A stretch of 64,000 nt of DNA, taken from NCBI GenBank assembly GCA_026982895.1, contig JALWQW010000030.1:14115-78114 (forward strand). Direction: 5' to 3'. Under the pieces are notes generated by a model. The model searched no databases. It had not been told where the DNA came from and saw only the letters and a program-made list of their open reading frames with translations. Position numbers and translations under genes: made by a program. This document shows positions 44,653 through 51,767 of this stretch, piece after piece (the first letter of the stretch is position 1; the number at the start of each line of letters is the position of its first letter). Source of the stretch: Candidatus Micrarchaeota archaeon (lineage in GTDB: Archaea > Micrarchaeota > Micrarchaeia > Anstonellales > J096).

Positions 44653-44755
44653 TAGGTACAGTGTATGGCCCCAAAATTATTTGATATTAGAACTTGAGAG
44701 ATATAAAGGGTTTAAGAATTCGGCAGATAATCCCTGCAAAGCCGCATAAGAGAAA

Positions 44756-44766
44756 GCTTTAAAAGG
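44756..44766 (+). promoter_or_regulatory. TATA-like A/T box for the PAC2-like gene
   Basis: gctttaaaagg, 22-32 nt upstream of ATG 44788. Confidence 0.5.
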
Positions 44767-44787
44767 CCAATCCTACGAAAGAAGGTT

Positions 44788-45498
44788 ATGGTAAATGTAA
44801 ACATCTTTATAAGCCAAGAAGCCAAGACATTGAAGCTGAAAAACCCTGTTTTGTTGGTAGGTTTTCCTTCTCCAGGCCTGGTAGGCAGCATATCTGCAGT
44901 TCATCTCACAGAAGGCGACGACTTTAAGCTCGTCGGTTACATATGGGGAGATAACTTCGCTCCAGTGGCGGCTGTTCATGATTATTCGTTGATGCCGCCT
45001 GTGAGGATAATGGCATCCGAAGAGAAAAACTTGATAGTTGTGCTATCCGAGATAAGCATTCCATTATCTGCAACAGCAAAGGTTGCCGAGGCTATCGTAG
45101 AGGTTGCCAAGAAATTCAAAGCAAAGGAGATTGCCGTTATGTCCAGCATAAACGAAACAAGCAAGAGCGCATACTATTCAGCAAACAGCCCGGACATGGA
45201 GAGAAAATTAAAGCTCGCTATAAAGAGCGTTAAAATGAAAGAGGGGGCAATAAGCGGTGTCGGACCGTTGGTTATGATAAAAGCCACAGAGAGAAAGATG
45301 CCTGCTTATATCCTCATGGTGCCCTCTATGAGCAGTGGAGCAGATGCCAAAGCCAGCAGTAGAGTGCTTAAAATGATAAGCAATATTTATGACATAAAGA
45401 TAGACACATCCGAACTAGATAAAGAAGCTGAAAAGCAGGAAGGCCTGAGCGACATAGAGGAAGAAAGCACTTTTGGCAAGGCGGGCATGTATAGGTAA
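44788..45498 (+). CDS. PAC2-family proteasome assembly chaperone-like protein
   Basis: NPVLLVGFPSPGLVGSISAVHL...FAPVAAV...VRI is typical of archaeal PAC2 (PbaA/B-like) proteins. A/T box at 44756-44766. Confidence 0.7.
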   Translation: MVNVNIFISQEAKTLKLKNPVLLVGFPSPGLVGSISAVHLTEGDDFKLVGYIWGDNFAPVAAVHDYSLMPPVRIMASEEKNLIVVLSEISIPLSATAKVAEAIVEVAKKFKAKEIAVMSSINETSKSAYYSANSPDMERKLKLAIKSVKMKEGAISGVGPLVMIKATERKMPAYILMVPSMSSGADAKASSRVLKMISNIYDIKIDTSELDKEAEKQEGLSDIEEESTFGKAGMYR

Positions 45499-45499
45499 T

Positions 45500-46642
45500 T
45501 CATTTCTTTTTTCTCCTTTTTTTAGCGACGCGCGGCTTCGTTTCTTTTCTTGAGCGTCTAGAAGTTATCGACTTTGAGGCTTTGCCTTTAGCTCCTTTGT
45601 GAAAGTATAAGAGGTATATGAAAACGCCCATATTCACAAGCATAAGAGGTAAGAAGGCATTGCCGACTATATCCTTATCGAGGAATTCAACCGCTTTACT
45701 CCCTATAATAAATGTGAGCAGCGAGACAAACAGAGAGAGGAATACGCCTTTGGTGGTTAAGTTGTCCTTCACGAGTTTAAGTTCAGCCACAAAGGAAGTA
45801 ATGCCTGCCGAGAATAGAGCAAGGAAAAATAAGAATAGCAGTGGAAGGCCGCCAGCAGACATGAGTGCTTTTGAAAGAGCGGAGAATGCTACAAATACGC
45901 CCGTGGAATTCCCTACAAAGGAGAAAACGACAAAAGCCGACAAAACAGCAATGGTCGTATCGGCCAATGCAACTATGAATGCGATATGCCAAGGATTAAA
46001 GCGCTTGTGCATGTAGCCAGCATATGTGTATGTCATGCCAGCTCCGACGCTGAGAGAGAATAAAACCTGCGATATGGCCACTAAAAAGGTTTCGAGCAGG
46101 CTATGGTTTTGAACGGCTTTGAGCTGCCAAAGGGCAGGAAGCTTACCGAAATCGACTGTCGAAAAGAATAAATAGAGAAGCAAAATAATAAGCAAGCCCA
46201 TGAAAACATCATTTAGCTTCTCTATGGCGGAGATGCCCTTGAATAATGCATAGATGCCCAAAGACCAAACAAACAGCCACGCCAGTACATCCAAAAAAGG
46301 CAGCGCCAAAAATGAAAGGGCTGATGTGAGTGCTTTGGCAGTTACAACGGAATAATAAGAGGAAATAGTGAATATCAAAATAGCAGAGGGCAGATAAAGA
46401 TGCTTGATTGAAAGCTTTTTGTTGAATAAATCACGAAGAGGTTCCCTAAACCTCTCAGCCAAGCTAAGCTCGATATATATTAGAGGCACGCCGAGGACAA
46501 AGGCAAGCGCGACATAGAAGACGAAAAACGCACCGCCAAAATCCAAAAGCAAATAGGGAAAACGCCAGATGTTGCCCAAACCAACAGCAGACGCTACTAA
46601 TGCCACAATAAATGCTACACGGGAGCTCCATCCACCTCGCAT
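45500..46642 (-). CDS. sodium:neurotransmitter symporter (NSS/SNF) family-like transporter, short form with basic tail
   Basis: WSSRVAFIVALVASAVGLGNIWRFPYL signature and multiple TMs. 380 aa is shorter than typical family members. C-terminus SRRSRKETKPRVAKKRRKKK. Confidence 0.7.
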   Translation of the reverse strand: MRGGWSSRVAFIVALVASAVGLGNIWRFPYLLLDFGGAFFVFYVALAFVLGVPLIYIELSLAERFREPLRDLFNKKLSIKHLYLPSAILIFTISSYYSVVTAKALTSALSFLALPFLDVLAWLFVWSLGIYALFKGISAIEKLNDVFMGLLIILLLYLFFSTVDFGKLPALWQLKAVQNHSLLETFLVAISQVLFSLSVGAGMTYTYAGYMHKRFNPWHIAFIVALADTTIAVLSAFVVFSFVGNSTGVFVAFSALSKALMSAGGLPLLFLFFLALFSAGITSFVAELKLVKDNLTTKGVFLSLFVSLLTFIIGSKAVEFLDKDIVGNAFLPLMLVNMGVFIYLLYFHKGAKGKASKSITSRRSRKETKPRVAKKRRKKK

Positions 46643-46716
46643 AAAGGCGTTTTAAGGCAAGGGTTTAAATAACTACTTAAATTCTGCTGAGGGCTTCGAA
46701 GGTGAAATGGTTGAAT

Positions 46717-47376
46717 TCACTCAGCTCCTAAAAGAGCAGGAATAAGTGCAGCAGATATAGCAACGCCAGCCAAAAAGCCTGTGAAAAAGCGAATTAGGTT
46801 GCTACTTTCCCATGAGGTGAAAAGCTGCAAAGTCCCATCTAGGATTAATGGTAAAATTAATATAACAAAAACGATGAAGGAAAGACGAGAAACCCTCTTA
46901 TTTTTTAGGATTAAAGGCAAAAATGCCAGCGCCGTTAAGAACATCGCTAGGTAAGTAGCGAAGTCGCGGGAGCAGACGGCGAACTTAAAACCTTCTTTGC
47001 CCGATGGAAAACATCTAGCTACTTCAGCCCTCATTCTTCCCACATCAGCCTTTGAGAAGTGGAAAAAGCCGGAGTAGGGTGTAGCATTCGTGTAGCGCGT
47101 CTCGACGAAGCATTTATTAGAGGTTATGCAGTTGCCGAAGGGGAAGGTTGCGTTGGGGAAATAACAGAAGCTTCTCTCGATATATTGATGGCAGAGAGGC
47201 TTGTAGAAATTGTATAGGGTTGAGGCTGCTCCATTATTTCCCTGGGCTGCAAACCATGGTGCTAAAACAGTGCCTATGAATAGAAAGAATGATAAAACAG
47301 CATAAAGACCATATAAAATAGTCTGCCTAGACGAGTAAAGCGATTTCGCATCAGAATTTGTATCAGTAGAGGGCAT
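46717..47376 (-). CDS. DUF2085-like membrane protein
   Basis: PLCHQYIERSF and FAVCSRDFATYLAMF motifs, plus four hydrophobic segments. Confidence 0.55.
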   Translation of the reverse strand: MPSTDTNSDAKSLYSSRQTILYGLYAVLSFFLFIGTVLAPWFAAQGNNGAASTLYNFYKPLCHQYIERSFCYFPNATFPFGNCITSNKCFVETRYTNATPYSGFFHFSKADVGRMRAEVARCFPSGKEGFKFAVCSRDFATYLAMFLTALAFLPLILKNKRVSRLSFIVFVILILPLILDGTLQLFTSWESSNLIRFFTGFLAGVAISAALIPALLGAE

Positions 47377-47441
47377 AAAGGAATTATTGAATAAAAGCTT
47401 ATAACCTTACCGCCATCCTTCGGATAATTGAAAAACGGGAG

Positions 47442-47747
47442 TTACAAACATAATATAGTCATAGCTAATAGTAATTCTCCTCTAACATTAGCCCCTTTAG
47501 CGAAAGGATTGCTCAAAGCGACGCCCCTTTCAACGAACAATAAAAGGGCATCTCCAGCGGTTTCCTTCAGGTTAGCATCTCCATTGAGCACAAGGTCAGT
47601 CAATACGTTAACAAAGCTATCGTGCAATCGCGAGCCGAGGAACTTGTTGGGCTTCTCACTTTGCCTTTCTTCTAAAGGCACGGCAGCTCCCTTTTGCCGC
47701 TTGCTCTTCTTCTGCCCTTCTTTTCTCCTCAGTTGCTTCTTCGTCAT
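47442..47747 (-). CDS. hypothetical protein (101 aa), short paralogue of 47791..49254
   Basis: Shares with its neighbour a similar upstream region (..aatttnggaaggnaaggcttaaaa) and C-terminal motif NPF...ELLLAMT(I/V)LC(L/S)*. Confidence 0.5.
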   Translation of the reverse strand: MTKKQLRRKEGQKKSKRQKGAAVPLEERQSEKPNKFLGSRLHDSFVNVLTDLVLNGDANLKETAGDALLLFVERGVALSNPFAKGANVRGELLLAMTILCL

Positions 47748-47790
47748 TCTTTTCGCCTGTGAATTTTGGGAAGGTAAGGCTTAAAAGCGG

Positions 47791-49254
47791 TTAGGAGCAA
47801 AGCACTGTCATAGCTAACAGCAATTCCTCGCTTAACTTGACATCTTTGCTAAGAACAAAAGGATTGGCTAAGTGGGCCTTCCCTTTCTTTATTTTAGCCT
47901 TTTTCTCTTCAACCTCTTGCCTCTTCTTTTTGGCCCAAGAGAAAAGGATTTTTCTTGCTGCGTCCTTAAAGTAAGGAAGAGCTCCACCAAACGCCTGTTC
48001 TATTAACTCATCCAAGAACTCCTCCTGTAAGCTCAACTCATTTATCTCACTTATGATTTTACCTACTACTCCCCAATCATATCTTCTCATTGCCTCCCTT
48101 ATCAGCTCTTTCACTCTTTCTTTCTCTTCCTTTTTCATTCCTTCATACACATCCTTCGGATCACCAAAACCCGCTCCTCTCCATGCCTCCTCTGCTGCTT
48201 CTCCCACACCACTAATTTCCGTCTCAAACTTCAGCAGCATCAACTCAGCTTTGAACTCTTCCTGCAACCCCAGCTCACCTATAAGCTTAGCCGCTGTATA
48301 TCGCCTGTCATCCTCCCCACTTCTTACTGCTTCTCTTATAAATTCTTTCACTCCTCTCTTTTCTTCCCCTCTCATTGCCTCATATATAGCCTTTACATCG
48401 CCAAAACCTGCTTCTTTCCATACATCCTCAGCCACTTTTCTTACTCCATTCCGATCGTCAAATTTCAACACCATCAACTCAGCCTTGAACTCCTTCTGTA
48501 AGCTAAGCCCCTCTATGAGCTTAGCTGCTGCATATCGCCTTTCCCAGTAATTACTCCTCACAGCTTCTCTTATCAGCTCCTTCACATACTCTCTTTCCTC
48601 TTTTTTCATTCCTTCATACACATCCTTCGGATCACCAAAACCCGCTCCTCTCCATGCCACCACAGCCGCTCCCCTTACAGCAGGATCGCCATCAAACATC
48701 AGCAGCATCAACTCGGCTTTAAGTTCATTCTGCAAGCCCAGCTCGCCTATGAGCTTAGCTGCTGCAGCTCGCCGTTCCCACTTATCACTCCTAGCAGCTT
48801 CCCTTAATACAACTGCAGCAAAAACCTTCTTCACATCCTCTACATTCTCTATCTTCTTTAACCCAGATAAAGCAGCTAAGCCTAGCACAATTTTAACCCT
48901 TTCTTTGTCGCCTAAGGAGAAAGCCAATTCTTCATCCTCTAAAAGATTTAACCATTTCTCGAAGTCTTTATCCTTAAATTCAGGTGCTTTTATTCCCTTC
49001 CTCAACCTCTCATCGCCGCTGATAACACCAACAAGCTCAAAGGCCTTTTTCTTATCTTGCTTATAAATAGCATAAAGATCTTCACCCAGCTTCTTCCAAT
49101 CGCCATTTGCTTCCTTAACTTTTCTAAGCAGCTTAATTGCCTCCTTCCTCAGCTCCTCTTGCCTCTCTATAAGCGGATTATTCTTGCCACCTTTCTTCTG
49201 TTGGTTTGTTTCTTCTATTTGATTTCTCTTCCCTTTCAGCTCTTCCTCACTCAT
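47791..49254 (-). CDS. HEAT/armadillo-like repeat protein (about 487 aa) with 3.5 copies of a ~78-aa repeat
   Basis: Repeat unit VKE(L/F)IREAVRS..(W)ERR(Y)AAAKLI(G)EL(G)LQ.EFKAELM.LKF.....V...A...W..AGFGD.K..YE.M. The track start at 49284 is TTG, and ATG at 49254 (MSEEELKG) is preferred. Confidence 0.6.
   Translation of the reverse strand: MSEEELKGKRNQIEETNQQKKGGKNNPLIERQEELRKEAIKLLRKVKEANGDWKKLGEDLYAIYKQDKKKAFELVGVISGDERLRKGIKAPEFKDKDFEKWLNLLEDEELAFSLGDKERVKIVLGLAALSGLKKIENVEDVKKVFAAVVLREAARSDKWERRAAAAKLIGELGLQNELKAELMLLMFDGDPAVRGAAVVAWRGAGFGDPKDVYEGMKKEEREYVKELIREAVRSNYWERRYAAAKLIEGLSLQKEFKAELMVLKFDDRNGVRKVAEDVWKEAGFGDVKAIYEAMRGEEKRGVKEFIREAVRSGEDDRRYTAAKLIGELGLQEEFKAELMLLKFETEISGVGEAAEEAWRGAGFGDPKDVYEGMKKEEKERVKELIREAMRRYDWGVVGKIISEINELSLQEEFLDELIEQAFGGALPYFKDAARKILFSWAKKKRQEVEEKKAKIKKGKAHLANPFVLSKDVKLSEELLLAMTVLCS
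48131..48187 (-). repeat. 57-bp intragenic exact repeat, copy 1
   Basis: tttttcattccttcatacacatccttcggatcaccaaaacccgctcctctccatgcc is identical to 48602-48658, 471 bp (two protein repeat units) away. Confidence 0.9.
48602..48658 (-). repeat. 57-bp intragenic exact repeat, copy 2
   Basis: Identical to 48131-48187. Confidence 0.9.
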
Positions 49255-49360
49255 TCTTCTCGCCCATAAATTTAGGAAAGGCAAGGCTTAAAAACTACTT
49301 CTTAAGAGAGCTGCAAGGCAAGAGGCAACCTTTAAAGGCCTTTGCCCTAAAAATAAGAGC

Positions 49361-50116
49361 ATGAAAACCAAACTTTTAGCACTATTCGTCTTTGCCCTCC
49401 TCGTGTTCAGCATGGGCTGCATAGGAGGCGGCGACGAGAAGAAGACAGAGCCTGTGAATATAGGCGGCAATGTAACAGTAGAGGAAGAAGCAAAGGAGGT
49501 TTATAGCGTTCAACTATTGTCATTACCCGACGACATAGAGCCAAATCAAACCTTCACAATCAAATGGAAGGTCGAGAGCACAATACCCAAAAGCGTAAAA
49601 ACAGGCTTACTATATGGAACAAGAAGCATTCCATACCCAACCTCTCCAAGCAACTACGCCCACGAAACAGGGAGCACATCCAAAAAAGCGCCAGCCATCA
49701 TAACAGCAGATTTAAGCTTGGATAAACCAGGCACTTATTATGTGAGGGCTTATGCATTCGTAAATAATAGATATTATTGGAGTGATGAAAGGAGAGTAAC
49801 GGTTAAAGAGCCTGAAAAGAACGAAACAGAAGTAGAAAACCCCAACATAGTTGAGATTGGCGTAACAGTATATTCAGACGGCTTCACATTCGGCGTTCAA
49901 AATGTGGAGGTAAGCAAAGAAGTAAAATTAAGTGTGGAAAACAAAGCGCCCTTTGAAATAATGGTAGAAGTACCTTCTGTAGGCAAAGTGCCTGTTGAAC
50001 CCCTAGAGAAAAAGACTATCTCATTTACAATGGGTGCTTCGCCAACTTATTTCAGAGTGTATGACAACAAAGACAATGTACTAGGCGAAGGAAGGCTCTT
50101 GCCTATAGGCGGATGA
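49361..50116 (+). CDS. putative secreted lipoprotein (251 aa)
   Basis: MKTKLLALFVFALLVFSMGC (signal peptide plus lipobox-like Cys) followed by a beta-rich region. No family recognised. Confidence 0.55.
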   Translation: MKTKLLALFVFALLVFSMGCIGGGDEKKTEPVNIGGNVTVEEEAKEVYSVQLLSLPDDIEPNQTFTIKWKVESTIPKSVKTGLLYGTRSIPYPTSPSNYAHETGSTSKKAPAIITADLSLDKPGTYYVRAYAFVNNRYYWSDERRVTVKEPEKNETEVENPNIVEIGVTVYSDGFTFGVQNVEVSKEVKLSVENKAPFEIMVEVPSVGKVPVEPLEKKTISFTMGASPTYFRVYDNKDNVLGEGRLLPIGG

Positions 50117-50141
50117 TTTAGGCGATAAAATTTTTCATTTT

Positions 50142-51149
50142 TTATTTTAATTTCAGCCACTCCACTTCATAATAAGACCATTTGCTTTCTCCCAGCGAGA
50201 GTTTTTCAGTCTTATAATAAGTTATAGAAGCTTCTCTATCGACTATGGCTAAAAGAAGAATTAATCCTTTATCAAGGGCTGAATTAAGCAGGCCTTCCAA
50301 TAATTCAGCACTTATGGGCTGGGCTTGGTTGAGGACTTTAACAGCATACTTCACATTATTCTTCGCCACTGTGAAATCAAAAGGCAGAGGTTTAGCGCCT
50401 GTTGAAGGCAGAGCAAGCACATATGTCTTCTTGACCGCGTGGCAGACTCTAACAGCCCGGCTCCACTCCTCTACAGACGAAAGGTATGTGGAGGGAAGGA
50501 CATGCAAAATATGTTTGGAGTGCTGAACCTTGCCGGGTTTAGCGCCTGCTGCGTATATTCTAAAATCGCCGCCGAATTTAAATCCTGTCTTTACAACAAA
50601 TCCGTTATCGCACCACTCCTTGAAAACCTCATATTTTTCCTCATCCTCCTTCGAAAGATTGGGAATTTTCCCATTCAACAAACCCCTTTCCTTAAGATAT
50701 GTGGCTTCGAATAAATCGAGAAGATATAGGTTGCCATCCCCCCGTTTATAAGTACCCTTCTGTCCAAACCAATGGCTCGAATATAAATCATCACCCTTTA
50801 CAGCAATAAAAAATTTATCCGCACTAACAACATCTAATCTGCCCCTTAAATCCAAAGGAGATGTCTCATAGGACTTGACTAAAAGCTTCTCACCTTTTCT
50901 CTCTCCAAAGGTAAAGCCCTTTTGGTGCAAATCCCTATAAACAATGTAATTAGAAAAATCTGTTTTCGGGAAGCATTCACTCTCAACACCATATAAATCA
51001 AGGAGAAGAAGGGCTTCATTAGAGTTAAGAAGAAGCTTCCCTTTTGCTGCTTTCCCAATGCCTTTATTCACAAGGTACGAGCGCTCATCTTTCTTGCCCT
51101 TATATAAATACTGCTTTCTTTCACAAACTATGGAGCCCTTCAATTTCAT
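50142..51149 (-). CDS. endA: tRNA-splicing endonuclease, fused multi-unit form (335 aa)
   Basis: The catalytic unit lies mid-protein (GFVVKTGFKFGGDFRIY, HSKHILHV, HAVKK). A degenerate N-terminal unit (NEALLLLDLYGV...YIVYRDLHQKGFTF) precedes it, and extra C-terminal residues end in LLLAIVDREASITYY. Confidence 0.8.
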   Translation of the reverse strand: MKLKGSIVCERKQYLYKGKKDERSYLVNKGIGKAAKGKLLLNSNEALLLLDLYGVESECFPKTDFSNYIVYRDLHQKGFTFGERKGEKLLVKSYETSPLDLRGRLDVVSADKFFIAVKGDDLYSSHWFGQKGTYKRGDGNLYLLDLFEATYLKERGLLNGKIPNLSKEDEEKYEVFKEWCDNGFVVKTGFKFGGDFRIYAAGAKPGKVQHSKHILHVLPSTYLSSVEEWSRAVRVCHAVKKTYVLALPSTGAKPLPFDFTVAKNNVKYAVKVLNQAQPISAELLEGLLNSALDKGLILLLAIVDREASITYYKTEKLSLGESKWSYYEVEWLKLK

Positions 51150-51763
51150 TCAATATCACGCTCTTCGCCATTTTTGGAAGGCCCTTCTGCCTTTCTAGCA
51201 AATAAAAGGAATGCAGTATGGAAAAGCTGGAGGTTATTTGGGCGTGTTCTATTCTCAGCTATGCGCCACTCTACAATAGGAAGCTGCAAAACAAAAACCT
51301 CGTCGAAGAGAAGCTTGGCCTCATCATAAGTCTTCTTAACCTGTTCTATATTAGGTATGTATGCCACAAAATAACCATTGCTCTTCAAGCCATCATAAGC
51401 CTTTGAGACAATATCCCAAGGGTTTGGTATATCGACTATAACAGCATCTAGATTGTCCTCTTCGAAAGTTACGCCATCGCCGTTTATTAGATGAAGATTA
51501 TCAAAGCCCTTAAGGTTTTTCTTCAAGAGCTTAAATGTGTCTTCGCGAACCTCGTAAGCATAAACCTCTCGACATATATTGGCTAAGTAATAGGTTAGAA
51601 AGCCATTTCCTGCTCCAATCTCGACAACGCGAGAGTGTTTATTGAGAGAAGCATAAGCTATAATAGCGCCTGCGTCCTTCGGCTGAATGACAGCCATCTT
51701 CCTCTTAAATCGACGAAGCGCCGGTGGAAAATGAAAGTCCATCTTTGTTTTGTTTTTAGGCAA
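51146..51763 (-). CDS. trmI: tRNA (adenine-N1)-methyltransferase TrmI/Gcd14 family
   Basis: VIQPKDAGAII, VVEIGAGNGFLT, DAVIVDIPNPWD and RPNNLQLFHTAFLLFARK. The stop overlaps the endA start by 4 nt. Confidence 0.8.
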   Translation of the reverse strand: MPKNKTKMDFHFPPALRRFKRKMAVIQPKDAGAIIAYASLNKHSRVVEIGAGNGFLTYYLANICREVYAYEVREDTFKLLKKNLKGFDNLHLINGDGVTFEEDNLDAVIVDIPNPWDIVSKAYDGLKSNGYFVAYIPNIEQVKKTYDEAKLLFDEVFVLQLPIVEWRIAENRTRPNNLQLFHTAFLLFARKAEGPSKNGEERDIE

Positions 51764-51767
51764 TGTA

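Noticed and set aside
47442-47456. C-terminal ...ILCL / ...VLCS read as a CaaX prenylation box
   Set aside because: The Cys is second from the end, not fourth, so it does not fit CaaX. It is kept only as an unexplained conserved C-terminal motif.
49284-49284. TTG start (track) for the HEAT-repeat gene and GTG start at 14803 for rnz
   Set aside because: Both lie too close to, or overlap, the A/T box. In-frame ATGs at 49254 and 14809 fit the promoter spacing better. The GTG starts of priL (15703), PMK (22905) and psmB (59368) were kept because no in-frame ATG alternative exists nearby.
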